A DNA stretch of 64,000 nt from an uncultured Candidatus Saccharibacteria bacterium (lineage in GTDB: Bacteria > Patescibacteriota > Minisyncoccia > Phycocordibacterales > UBA2100): assembly GCA_964586255.1 (NCBI GenBank), contig CAZPGE010000003.1:2537-66536 (forward strand). The letters run 5' to 3'. The translations under genes were made by a program, and so were the position numbers. The notes beneath the pieces were generated by a model. It was not told where the DNA came from and searched no databases. It saw nothing but the letters and a program-made list of their open reading frames with translations. Each line of letters starts with the position of its first letter. Within the stretch, counting starts at the first letter, position 1. This document shows positions 55,399 to 64,000 of the stretch, one piece after another.

Positions 55399-56829
55399 AT
55401 GAACATCAATAAAATAGTCGCAGTTGGTCTCTGCGCAGTAGTGTTCGGCATCATGCCGACCGTCGCGAACGCACAGTACGATTTCTCAGATTCGTATGTC
55501 GATTACGGTGGTTTTTCGGATTACTCAGGCGGCTACGACTTCTCGGACTCGTACGTCGACTACGGTGGTTTTAGTGACTACACCGGCACTGGCGGCTACG
55601 ACTTCTCGGACTCATACGTCGACTACAGTGGCTTTGGTGACTACACCGGCACTGGTGGCTACGACTTCTCGGATTCGTATGTCAACTATGACGGATTCAA
55701 CAACTACTCAGATTTCCCGAACACGTACTCGGATTTCCCAACGGATTGCGGTGGCGTATCCTGCACGTACTCGGATTTCCCGACCACGTACTCGGACTTC
55801 CCGACGTACAGCGATTTCCCAACGACGTACTCGGACTTCCCGACGTACAGCGACTTCCCATCAGACTGCGGCTCAAGCTGTGGCCAGGTGACGTACAACG
55901 AGTCGTGCGGCTGCTACGAGACTCGCGGCGGTAGCTACGGCGGCGGATTCGGTGGTGGCTTTGGCGGCGGCTTCAAGATGCCTTCCTTCGGTGGCATGTC
56001 GATTGTTCCTCCGAGCTATCCGACTCCTCCTCGTCCTACCCCGACCCCGCACTACCCTCAGCCGACTCCTCCTCGTCCTACCCCGACGACTCCGTCGACT
56101 CCAATCAACATCAACAACGTGAACACGAACACGAATACCAACACCAACGTGAACACGAATGTGACGACCGTCACGCCAGTAACCCCGGGCCCCGTCGTGC
56201 AGTATGTCTACCCGTACTCTCCGCAGTATCCGACATACCCGACCCAGGCACCGTTCTGTGTCATCACAGCAAGCAATCAGTACAACTATGGCAACGGCAT
56301 GATAACGCTCACGTGGAGCTCAAGTGGAGCCACGAGTGCCTACATCACACCGGGCCTCGGTCAGGTCGCTCCCAACGGTTCGACGACGCTCTATGGGTAC
56401 AACAACACTGTGTACACCATGACAGTCTCCGGACAGGGTGGTTCGTACACGTGCCACACACAGTCGTACGTCAATCCGATAACTCCGGTGAGCCCGTACG
56501 TATCGCTTACGCAGATACCGTACACAGGTCTTGCACTTGGTCCTATCGGCAACGCGCTCTACTGGATGGGTCTCATCTCAGTAGCGGTAGCCGGTGCGTA
56601 CCTCTTGGTCTACTACAGGGGCGGCATGCTTGCCCTCGCAGGCCAGACTCTCTCAGCTTCGATTGCACGTCGTTCGCAGGAAGAGGATGTATCTCCGGTG
56701 GCAGCTCCTCATCAGGAAAAGGTAGCGGCTCTCGCTCACCTTCCGGTACAGGAAACGACGACTCGTGACGCGATGAAGATTGTCCGCTCGGAAGACGGAA
56801 CTCCTCGCCTCGTCATCTCTCGCGCCTAA
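55399..56829 (+). CDS. Large low-complexity secreted protein with a C-terminal IPYTG motif, hydrophobic helix and charged tail (candidate sortase substrate or surface-layer protein)
   Basis: Signal peptide. Repeats (YDFSDSYVDYGGFSDYTGTGG x4; TYSDFPT x7; GGGFGGGFGGGF; PTPPRPTPT; NTNTNTNVNTN). Then SLTQIPYTGLALGPIGNALYWMGLISVAVAGAYLLVYYRGG. Confidence 0.6.
   Translation: MNINKIVAVGLCAVVFGIMPTVANAQYDFSDSYVDYGGFSDYSGGYDFSDSYVDYGGFSDYTGTGGYDFSDSYVDYSGFGDYTGTGGYDFSDSYVNYDGFNNYSDFPNTYSDFPTDCGGVSCTYSDFPTTYSDFPTYSDFPTTYSDFPTYSDFPSDCGSSCGQVTYNESCGCYETRGGSYGGGFGGGFGGGFKMPSFGGMSIVPPSYPTPPRPTPTPHYPQPTPPRPTPTTPSTPININNVNTNTNTNTNVNTNVTTVTPVTPGPVVQYVYPYSPQYPTYPTQAPFCVITASNQYNYGNGMITLTWSSSGATSAYITPGLGQVAPNGSTTLYGYNNTVYTMTVSGQGGSYTCHTQSYVNPITPVSPYVSLTQIPYTGLALGPIGNALYWMGLISVAVAGAYLLVYYRGGMLALAGQTLSASIARRSQEEDVSPVAAPHQEKVAALAHLPVQETTTRDAMKIVRSEDGTPRLVISRA
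55477..55870 (+). repeat. Coding tandem-repeat region (63-nt and 21-nt units) inside 55399..56829
   Basis: Repeated tacgacttctcggactcgtacgtcgactacggtggttt... and gtactcggacttcccgac... units. Confidence 0.7.
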
Positions 56830-56925
56830 CTGCCGCCGCCTGTCCTGCGAAGCCTTTCGCGAAGCAGGACCCAGCTCCAGCCTTCTTTCGTGAAAGCGAA
56901 AGACAGGTACAAAAGTGAACGCAAA

Positions 56926-56950
56926 CCGCCCCGAAAGGGGCGGTTTTGTG
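56926..56950. terminator. Bidirectional intrinsic terminator between convergent genes (55399..56829 on + and thrS on -)
   Basis: ccgcccc-gaaa-ggggcgg followed by ttttgtg; T-rich on the opposite strand too. Confidence 0.6.
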
Positions 56951-56964
56951 CATGTACAACCGTC

Positions 56965-58197
56965 TTACGAGCGGGACGTTATTTCTTGCTTTAGTTTTGC
57001 GACGAGGTCGGGGATAGCGAGCACATCTTTCCCGCCATCGCGGCCTTCGAGTGTCGCGGTCGATGCATTCACTTCTTTGTCGCCGAGCACGAGTGTGTAG
57101 GGGACTTTCTCCAGCTTGCTCTGTCGTATGCGCTTACCGAGGCTGTCGTCGGCATCAATTTCGGCGCGAATCCCCGCTTCGCGGAGTTGCGTGAGGACTT
57201 CCGATGCGTACGCGGCATGCTTCTCCGAGACCGGAAGTATCTTCGCTTGCACCGGCGCGAGCCAGAGAGGGAAGGCGCCACCGTAGTGCTCGATGAGGAA
57301 TGCGACGATGCGCTCTATTGCGCCTATGGAGGAGCGGTGCACGACAAACGCGCGCTTCTGCGTGCCGTCTGCGGCGGTGTAGGTGAGGTCGAATCGGCTC
57401 GGCATACAGAAATCGTACTGCACCGTAAACGCGGTATCTTCCTTGCCGTTTACATTTTTCATCTGGATATCAATCTTGGGACCATAGAATGCTGCCTCGT
57501 CTCTGGCTTCTTCAAATTTCTCGCCGCGTGCTTTGAGGACTTCGCGCAAAAGGTGTTCGCCCTTCTCCCATGCGGCATCGTCTTGGAAATATTTCTCAGT
57601 ATTTGAGCGGTCACCGAGCGAGAGTCGGAAGTGGTAGTTCTCACCCATCTTGAGACCAAAGACCTTTGCGATGTCGACGATAAGGTCGAGCGCCTTGGCG
57701 ACCTCCTCCGCTGCCTGCTCCTCCGTGGCACAGATGATGTGTGCATCGGCAAGGCAAAACGAGCGCACACGCTGCAGGCCCATGAGCTCGCCGGATTGCT
57801 CGTAGCGGTAGAGCTTAGCGAGCTCCGCGATACGCATGGGGAGTTCGCGGTAGCTGTGCGGCTTTGCAAGGTAGAGCTCGAAGTGATGGGGGCATGTCAT
57901 GGGGCGGAGCATGAACTCTTCGTCGTCGACCTGGATAGGTGCGTACATCGAGTCCTTGTAGTGCGGGTAGTGCCCGCTCTTGCGATAGAGATCGAGCTTG
58001 GCGATATCGGGCGTGTAGACGTGGAGATAGCCGCGCTTGATTTCCTCATCGACGATAAACCGCTCAAGCTCACGGCGTATCACCGAGCCCTTGGGTGTCC
58101 AGAGGGGGAGGCCCTTGCCGACGGCATCGGAAAATGTAAAAAGGTCGAGCTCCTTCCCGAGCTTCTTGTGGTCTCTCTCGTGTGCGTCGTGTTCCAT
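56965..58197 (-). CDS. thrS: Threonine--tRNA ligase, catalytic plus anticodon-binding domains only (no N-terminal TGS/editing domains)
   Basis: It begins directly with the catalytic-domain N-terminus (RDHKKLGKELDLF). Class II motifs (FRNE-like MLRPMTCPHH; RVRSFCLADAHI...). C-terminal anticodon-binding domain (VQAKILPVSE...). 410 aa. Confidence 0.85.
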   Translation of the reverse strand: MEHDAHERDHKKLGKELDLFTFSDAVGKGLPLWTPKGSVIRRELERFIVDEEIKRGYLHVYTPDIAKLDLYRKSGHYPHYKDSMYAPIQVDDEEFMLRPMTCPHHFELYLAKPHSYRELPMRIAELAKLYRYEQSGELMGLQRVRSFCLADAHIICATEEQAAEEVAKALDLIVDIAKVFGLKMGENYHFRLSLGDRSNTEKYFQDDAAWEKGEHLLREVLKARGEKFEEARDEAAFYGPKIDIQMKNVNGKEDTAFTVQYDFCMPSRFDLTYTAADGTQKRAFVVHRSSIGAIERIVAFLIEHYGGAFPLWLAPVQAKILPVSEKHAAYASEVLTQLREAGIRAEIDADDSLGKRIRQSKLEKVPYTLVLGDKEVNASTATLEGRDGGKDVLAIPDLVAKLKQEITSRS

Positions 58198-58298
58198 AGT
58201 TTTTGATGTTTGACCAATGATAGCAGTATTCTAGGCCTCTACGCAAAAAGATGACCCCGGGCGCGTGCCCGGGGTCGTTCGTAGTTCGTTCTCAAGCG

Positions 58299-58652
58299 CT
58301 AGGCCGGGTTGGCCATGTTGAGAAGGAATGTACCGATGCGCTCGCGTCGGTGCGACTCAGCTTTCGCTGGCCTTTTCGTGGCGCCGAATGCCTCGGCTAG
58401 GAAATTACGCAATCTGGTGTCGTCCTTTCCAAAGCTCGAGTGGACGGACGCCGCTGCGGCTCGCAGTCGCGCCTGCACAGTTTCGTCGAGAAGAAGAAAG
58501 CCTTCTTCCGTCCGAACCTTCTTCAGCACGTCTGCAACCTGGCCGCAGGGTGTGAGGTCTGGAGCTTCGCCATCGTTGAGTTTCTTGAGAGCCTCGCCCG
58601 CCTTCGCGAACGCGTCCTCGTCAATAATGGGTGGCACCTCATCAGCCTTCAT
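58299..58652 (-). CDS. Small hypothetical protein
   Basis: 117 aa, helical, no recognisable motif. Confidence 0.35.
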   Translation of the reverse strand: MKADEVPPIIDEDAFAKAGEALKKLNDGEAPDLTPCGQVADVLKKVRTEEGFLLLDETVQARLRAAAASVHSSFGKDDTRLRNFLAEAFGATKRPAKAESHRRERIGTFLLNMANPA

Positions 58653-58756
58653 TCCACATTGCTCCCTTTTTTCTCGCGTCGTCTTCGGCGCGTGCGCGTA
58701 CGATAAACCCTCACGCGCTCATGTCAATACTTTTTCGAGCTTATCTGTATAAAAAC

Positions 58757-58790
58757 AAAAGGGGCGGCCGCTTTCGCAACCGCCCCTCCG
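58757..58790 (-). terminator. Intrinsic terminator, read on the minus strand, after 58814..59662
   Basis: The minus strand reads ggggcgg-ttgcgaaagcgg-ccgcccc followed by ttttgttttta. Confidence 0.6.
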
Positions 58791-58813
58791 CCATTCTTGA
58801 TGAACTTCTCGCG

Positions 58814-59662
58814 CTAGATCGCGAGCGCCGCGTCGGAGACCTCCTTCGCTTTCGCCTTCGCATCGTCCACCGCATTGACGAGGACGGGCACCAGTTTTCC
58901 GAGCTGACCGACGAGCGAATCGACAGCGTCGGCCCTCGGGCGCTTCGCAAAGGTGCGGAGATCTTCCGCAAGGATGCCGAGGTTGACCGCGTAGGGCTCG
59001 AGATACTTCGCGAGATTGTCGAAGCGAACCGGGTCCTTCGCCTGCAAGTCGCCGATCAGCTTGGCGAACGAGTCGGCGGCAATCGCAGCTTTCCCGGGCT
59101 CCTTCTGCCAGCGGCCGTACTTCGTCAGCGCCACGGCGGTGATCGCCGAGGTGAGCATGATGGTAGCAGTCGGCGAACCCTCGTTCTTCGGCGTGTCGCG
59201 CGGCTCGTCGTTCAAGGACTGCTTCATGCTCTGCATGAAATCGCCGAGGGGCGACTGCGGTTGTTCGGCGCGACCGGGTTTGCCGGGGCCGAAGTCTGCG
59301 AACGCACTGCGGCCGCCGTGGCGGTCGGAGTAGCGCATCGCGTTCATGAGCGCACCGAGATCGAGGCCGTCGCCGAGCTTCGTCTCGACGACCGAGCCGG
59401 AGATGATGTGGCTGCCGTCGGGCATTTCGTGCAGTTCGGGATTGACCATTCCGGCCATAGTCGCCTTGATCTCATCCAGCGCCCGCTGGGGGAGCTTGGA
59501 ACCCTTCTTCGTGCCGACTTCGTCGAGCGCCGTGATGATGGCGTCGACACCGGTGGCGATGACCTTGCCGCCCTTGAGTTCGGCGTTGCCGAGAATCGAG
59601 GCCATTGACGCCGCAAAACTGGCGCCGCTTCTTGAGGAATTGCGTTCGGGATCGTGACGCAT
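58814..59662 (-). CDS. Hypothetical protein, GC-rich gene, start uncertain
   Basis: The long minus-strand ORF is 58814..59839, but dnaE ends at 59761, so an internal Met was chosen (M60 at 59662, or M38 at 59728). The plus-strand ORF 58631..59608 is its GC-driven antisense shadow. Confidence 0.4.
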   Translation of the reverse strand: MRHDPERNSSRSGASFAASMASILGNAELKGGKVIATGVDAIITALDEVGTKKGSKLPQRALDEIKATMAGMVNPELHEMPDGSHIISGSVVETKLGDGLDLGALMNAMRYSDRHGGRSAFADFGPGKPGRAEQPQSPLGDFMQSMKQSLNDEPRDTPKNEGSPTATIMLTSAITAVALTKYGRWQKEPGKAAIAADSFAKLIGDLQAKDPVRFDNLAKYLEPYAVNLGILAEDLRTFAKRPRADAVDSLVGQLGKLVPVLVNAVDDAKAKAKEVSDAALAI

Positions 59663-59760
59663 CTGCGTGTCTTTCTCTATTGAGGGTGTTGGTGAATGGC
59701 ACTGACCAAGTACCCGTGCCGATGGCATAAAAACACATAATAGGCGGATGCGCAAGGGGT

Positions 59761-62700
59761 CTAGAGCGCCTTCGCTTTTTCGGCGACGAAGCTCGGGGTG
59801 CCGTTTCTTTCCGATATTTTGCCCCTGAGCATGATGCATTGGCCGGGGGCGAGGATGGCCTCGTACTCTTTAAGGACGCGCGGGAATGCCACGACCTCGA
59901 TGTTGTCGGAGAGGTCGGCGACTTTGAGAAACATCATGCGTTCACCGTTTTTGGTCAAGATAGATTGCACCGTCTCCACGAATCCGGCGATGACCGTCTC
60001 GACACCCTTGAGGTGTTCTTTCGCATGCCTGATGCTGTTCTTCGCGTTTTGGAGCTTTGCGGCGTGCTTGTCGAGCGGGTGCCCAGATATGTAGAGCCCA
60101 AGAAGCTCTTTCTCCCACGTGAGCTTCTCATCGAGATGCATAGGGGGCGCATCATCTAATTTGATTTTCGAAGCAGGGGAGACTGACGCGCCGAAAAGCG
60201 AGCCCTGGTCGACAGGGGCTTTCATGTGTTCTTTGTGGAAGATAAGAAGGCGTTCGGCGTTGGCGAGAAGTGCGCCGCGCTCTCCGAATTCATCCATGGC
60301 GCCACTCTGGATAAGTGACTCGAGCGATTTTTTGTTGAGATTTTTATCCGGATTGCGAGAAATAAAATCGGACACGTCGGTGAACCTACCTCCCTTTTCG
60401 CGCGCCGCGATGATGGAGTTTGCGACACCTTCGCCAAAATTCTTTATCGAGTAGAGACCGAAGCGTATGGTCTTGTCATCTATCACCGTGAATGTGCCCA
60501 TGCTCTCGTTGACCGATGGCGGTAGTATCGAGATATTCATGTGTTTGCACTCCGCGACGATTTCCGCGATTTTCTCCACATCGCCAGCATCAGCGGTGAG
60601 CACTGCCGCCATGTAATCGACAGGGAAGTTGGCTTTCATGTACGCGGTCTTGTAGGCGAGGTTGCCGTATGAGGCGGCGTGCGCTTTGTTGAAGCCATAC
60701 GCGGCAAACGTCTCTATCTGCTCCCAAAGCTTGGTGACCGATGCAGGCTTCATGCCGTGCTCGATGCAGCCTTTTGTGAAGTGCTCTTTTTGTGCGGCCA
60801 TCTCGGACTGGATTTTCTTACCCATCGCTTTGCGGAATTTGTCAGCTTCTCCCCATGAGTATCCTGCGAGTTGCACCGCTATCATCATCACGTCGTCTTG
60901 ATAGATAAGGACGCCATACGTGGGTTTGAGGATTTGCTCCATGCGCGGGTCGAGGTAGGTGACGCGCGCAGGGTTGCGTTTGCGCTGGATGTATTCAGGA
61001 ATAAACGCCATCGGGCCGGGGCGATAGAGTGCGACCATCGCGTTAAGGTCGTGAATCACCGTGGGCTTCAGATCCTTGAGGTATGCCGTCATGCCGCTGC
61101 CTGCCATCTGAAAGACACCGAGGGTTTCCCCGCGCGTGAGCATTTCATAGACCTTGCTGTCGTCGAGCGGGATTTTGTTGAGATCGACATCGATTCCGTG
61201 GCGTACTTTTACGCGCGCCACCGAATCGGCGAGGACCGAGAGGTTGGTAAGTCCGAGAAAGTCGAACTTGAGGAGACCCACGCCGCCGTATTCGTCGGCG
61301 ATTGAGTACATATCGTACTGTGTAATCGTCTTGCCGCCTTTCGGGTCGAGCTGGATGGGTGCGTACTCGGTCACCGATTTTGGCGCAATCACGACACCGG
61401 CTGCATGCACACCGACGTGTCGCGCGTTGCCCTCTATCTTCTGTGCGAGGTCGAGAATCTCTCGTGCATCTGCGTCGCGTTTGTAGAGCTCGAGGAGCTC
61501 TGGGGTTTCTTCAAGCGCGCCCTGGATGGTGACGGGGAATCCTTGCTTACCAAAAGGGATGAGCTTCGCCACGGTGTCGCCGAGCGCGTAGCTATGCCCG
61601 AGTGCGCGAGCCACATCGCGGACCGCAGCGCGAGCCATCATCGTGCCAAATGTACCTATCTGTATGACATGGTCGGTGCCGTATTGTTTGCGCGCGTACT
61701 CGATGAGCTCATCGCGGCGGTTGTCAGCGATGTCCATATCGATATCGGGTGCCGAAGGGCGCTCAGGATTGAGGAATCGTTCAAACGGCATGTTGAACTT
61801 AATCGGGTCGACGGTCGTGATACCGCAGAGGTACGAGACGAGTGAGCCTGCAGCAGAGCCCCTCGTGTTGGTGAAGATACCGACTTCTGCTGCATGGCGA
61901 AGCAAATCCGCGACGATAAGAAAGTAGGATGCATATCCCTTGTTGGCGATAATCTCGAGCTCGTAGTTGATGCGTTCTCTCAGCGCAGGGGTATCCTCGA
62001 GACCTCGCTCTGTGATACCGAGCTCCGCGCGCTTGCGTAGTTCCTCGTTGTCAGTCGTACCAGGCGGGATGGGGAAGGAGGGGAAGATAGCTTTTCCGAG
62101 CGTGAGTTCGAGGTTGCAGGCTTCGGCGATCTTTACCGTATTATCGACCGCTTCGGGAAATCGCTTAAAGAGTTCTGCGGCTCTCTCTCGATTGAAAAAT
62201 GAAAAGTCGGGGAGGTTGTCAATGATGTCGCGATTGAGGGTGCTTGCGGTGCGTATTTTGTTGACGAGCTCGCGCGCGACCGCGTCGTCTTGTTTGAGAT
62301 AGTACGAGTCGGCTGCAGCGACGAGGGGAATCTCTGCCTCGTTCGCGAGCTCGATCACCCTCTTCATGCGCTCCTCAAAACCGTCGACATCAGGATGATG
62401 CGTAATCTCTGCGTAACATCCGCCAGCCGGCGGAGCGCCATACAGCTTCTTAAACCACCGAAGCGATTCGCGGGCTTTTTCCTCCTGGCCGTCTTTCACT
62501 GCTCGTGCGTGCTCACCGGAAAAAGATGGGAGTATCGCGATGAGTCCTGCACTGTGTTTCTCGAGTAGTTCGCGGTCCACGCGCGGACGATAGTAAAAAC
62601 CCTCCAGGTAGGACGCCGACACGAGTTGAATCAAATTTCGGTAGCCCTCCTCATTTTTCGCCAAGAGGACCAGGCGCGTCGTCTGGTCGTCGATGCGATG

Positions 62701-62940
62701 TTCTTTGTCGTGCCTGGTACGGGGTGCTACAAAGAAATCGACACCGAGAATCGGTTTTATGCCGTGCGTCTTGCATTCTTTATAAAAATCGATAGCACCG
62801 TACATGTTGCCGTTGTCGGTAAGCGCAAGTGCAGTCTGACCATCGCTTTTTGCAGCCGCCACGAGGTCTTCGGCCTTCGGGAGTGCTTCGAGGAGGGAAT
62901 AGTGAGAATGCGTGTGAAGATGCACGAAATCGCGAGCCAT
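59761..62940 (-). CDS. dnaE: DNA polymerase III alpha subunit (DnaE type)
   Basis: PHP domain N-terminus (FVHLHTHSHYSLLEALPKAEDLV), the polymerase core (GLLKFDFLGLTNL) and an OB-fold C-terminus. About 1060 aa. Confidence 0.9.
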   Translation of the reverse strand: MARDFVHLHTHSHYSLLEALPKAEDLVAAAKSDGQTALALTDNGNMYGAIDFYKECKTHGIKPILGVDFFVAPRTRHDKEHRIDDQTTRLVLLAKNEEGYRNLIQLVSASYLEGFYYRPRVDRELLEKHSAGLIAILPSFSGEHARAVKDGQEEKARESLRWFKKLYGAPPAGGCYAEITHHPDVDGFEERMKRVIELANEAEIPLVAAADSYYLKQDDAVARELVNKIRTASTLNRDIIDNLPDFSFFNRERAAELFKRFPEAVDNTVKIAEACNLELTLGKAIFPSFPIPPGTTDNEELRKRAELGITERGLEDTPALRERINYELEIIANKGYASYFLIVADLLRHAAEVGIFTNTRGSAAGSLVSYLCGITTVDPIKFNMPFERFLNPERPSAPDIDMDIADNRRDELIEYARKQYGTDHVIQIGTFGTMMARAAVRDVARALGHSYALGDTVAKLIPFGKQGFPVTIQGALEETPELLELYKRDADAREILDLAQKIEGNARHVGVHAAGVVIAPKSVTEYAPIQLDPKGGKTITQYDMYSIADEYGGVGLLKFDFLGLTNLSVLADSVARVKVRHGIDVDLNKIPLDDSKVYEMLTRGETLGVFQMAGSGMTAYLKDLKPTVIHDLNAMVALYRPGPMAFIPEYIQRKRNPARVTYLDPRMEQILKPTYGVLIYQDDVMMIAVQLAGYSWGEADKFRKAMGKKIQSEMAAQKEHFTKGCIEHGMKPASVTKLWEQIETFAAYGFNKAHAASYGNLAYKTAYMKANFPVDYMAAVLTADAGDVEKIAEIVAECKHMNISILPPSVNESMGTFTVIDDKTIRFGLYSIKNFGEGVANSIIAAREKGGRFTDVSDFISRNPDKNLNKKSLESLIQSGAMDEFGERGALLANAERLLIFHKEHMKAPVDQGSLFGASVSPASKIKLDDAPPMHLDEKLTWEKELLGLYISGHPLDKHAAKLQNAKNSIRHAKEHLKGVETVIAGFVETVQSILTKNGERMMFLKVADLSDNIEVVAFPRVLKEYEAILAPGQCIMLRGKISERNGTPSFVAEKAKAL

Positions 62941-63042
62941 GTAGCTAGTATACACGCACCACTTTTCGGCTTAGCGACGCCTCTTTTCTTATAGAATACT
63001 TCGTGGCATAGTACCGCGCAGTCGCAGCCAGGAGTTGATTCC

Positions 63043-63216
63043 ATGAAAAAGCGAGGGAAGAAGACGAAACCTGCAAAGAGCAGCCGAAAGGTCACCACGC
63101 AAAGCATCGGCGCCCAGAAGCCAGCGTTCCGGCCTCCGGAAAGGCGTGCCGTCACCGGAAACCCGCTCGCACTTGTTCGGCTCAATCACGAGCTCGCCCG
63201 AGGGGAGCACAAGTAG
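63043..63216 (+). CDS. Possible small, highly basic protein (57 aa)
   Basis: GGAG Shine-Dalgarno 8 nt upstream. MKKRGKKTKPAKSSRKVTTQSIGAQKPAFRPPERRAVTGNPLALVRLNHELARGEHK. It is below the ORF-track length cutoff and competes with the minus-strand ORF 62989..63210. Confidence 0.3.
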   Translation: MKKRGKKTKPAKSSRKVTTQSIGAQKPAFRPPERRAVTGNPLALVRLNHELARGEHK

Positions 63217-63293
63217 TTCTAGACCCTGGCAGGGTCTTCCAAGGGGCCGCCATACGCGGCCTTTTTGATTACCGTATATATAATAGACACATA

Positions 63294-63896
63294 ATGAAGT
63301 ACCTCATCGGTATCGACGAAGCTGGACGAGGGCCGCTTGCAGGGCCAGTGTCGGTTGGTGCCGTGATGGTTTTGAAAGGAAAAGAGACCTCGCTTCTCAA
63401 GCTCATGCGCGACTCGAAGCAGCTCTCAGAAACGGCACGAGAAGAACTTTTTACAGACCTGACGCGTCTCAGAGAACAAGGCGTACTCAATTTTTCACAT
63501 TCATTTTCGTCCGCGACCGTTATCGACCGTCGCGGCATCGTGCCTGCTATTCGGGGAGCACTCTCACGATGTCTCTTGAAGCTTGAAGCAGACTCGAGGA
63601 AGTGTGAGATCTTGCTCGATGGGAGCCTCTATGCGCCGGAAGAGTTTATCGCTCAAAAGACCATCGTTCGCGGGGACGCGAGTGAGCCCATCATTTCTGC
63701 CGCGTCTATCGTGGCAAAAGTCATGAGAGACAGATATATGGTGCGTATTGCCAGCGAGTACCCTGCATACGGGTTCGAGGTACACAAGGGGTATGGGACC
63801 CTCAAGCATCGAGAGGCCATCCGTCGTCTGGGACTCTCAGGGCTCCACAGAGCCTCCTTTTGCAGAAGTTTGCACCCCGCCAGAAATACGGTATAG
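63294..63896 (+). CDS. rnhB: Ribonuclease HII
   Basis: MKYLIGIDEAGRGPLAGPVSVGAVMV (DEAGRG active site) and the C-terminal HKGYGTLKH. Confidence 0.85.
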   Translation: MKYLIGIDEAGRGPLAGPVSVGAVMVLKGKETSLLKLMRDSKQLSETAREELFTDLTRLREQGVLNFSHSFSSATVIDRRGIVPAIRGALSRCLLKLEADSRKCEILLDGSLYAPEEFIAQKTIVRGDASEPIISAASIVAKVMRDRYMVRIASEYPAYGFEVHKGYGTLKHREAIRRLGLSGLHRASFCRSLHPARNTV

Positions 63897-63906
63897 TATC
63901 GCGACT

Positions 63907-64000
63907 ATGGTAGTACGAATGCGGGTCAACCGCTCGAAAACCGGTAAGCGCCGTTCACATCACGGGCTTTCAACCGCGCGCATCACCAAAGACGCAGCAG
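63907..64000 (+). CDS. rpmF: 50S ribosomal protein L32, 3'-truncated by the window edge
   Basis: MVVRMRVNRSKTGKRRSHHGLS matches the bL32 N-terminal pattern (R-x-SK-x-x-KRRSH-x-x-L). Confidence 0.45.
   Translation, partial: MVVRMRVNRSKTGKRRSHHGLSTARITKDAA

Noticed and set aside
58631-59608. 325-aa plus-strand ORF
   Set aside because: It is the exact antisense of the GC-rich minus-strand gene 58814..59839 and is Arg/Gly/Leu-rich, a typical composition artefact. The minus-strand frame is followed by a canonical terminator.
62989-63210. Minus-strand 73-aa ORF downstream of dnaE
   Set aside because: It overlaps a plus-strand small ORF that has a better Shine-Dalgarno (GGAG) and a strongly basic, ribosomal-protein-like composition. 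Neither is well supported, so only the plus-strand candidate is listed, at low confidence.

Overview
This 64-kb window reads as a chromosomal segment of a small-genome, Gram-positive-type bacterium, most plausibly from a Candidate Phyla Radiation (Parcubacteria-like) lineage. That placement is an inference from a split transketolase, ThrRS and Phe-tRNA synthetase subunits that lack N-terminal domains, a type IV pilin, a sortase, giant repetitive surface proteins, and a standard genetic code (TGA used as stop). GC content looks moderately high throughout.

Housekeeping blocks:
- gap-rpiB-pilin-rpe-tktN-tktC, with a PfkB-type kinase and fba nearby (non-oxidative pentose-phosphate pathway and glycolysis).
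- rplY(L25/Ctc)-rpmE(L31)-prfA-rpsB-tsf-tRNA-Thr(UGU).
- pheS-pheT-gyrB, thrS, dnaE, rnhB, and the 5' end of rpmF.

Between these blocks sit paralogue-rich accessory regions:
1. Two tandem giant 'tail-fibre-like' repeat proteins, followed by three tandem small paralogues that share a conserved ~150-aa domain.
2. A five-member family of N-terminally anchored Cys/His-rich repeat proteins, two of them associated with cupredoxin-like domains.
3. Two separate loci that each combine a small TM peptide ending in ...FISCGG-xx, a PaaK/F390-synthetase-like adenylate-forming enzyme, and a P-loop-less paralogue of that enzyme.
4. A visibly more GC-rich cassette array (about 51.1-55.2 kb). Each cassette is driven by a near-consensus TTGACT-N16-TGcTATAAT promoter fused to a GC-rich terminator hairpin. 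The array encodes two small 4-TM proteins and four secreted or anchored proteins sharing a ~30-aa C-terminal two-Cys domain.
5. A sortase operon with a hexapeptide-repeat secreted protein, next to a large low-complexity protein carrying an IPYTG-plus-TM sorting-like signal.

No CRISPR array, transposase, integrase or phage structural module was recognised. All coordinates come from the supplied ORF track plus manual start-codon choice and may be off by a few nucleotides.
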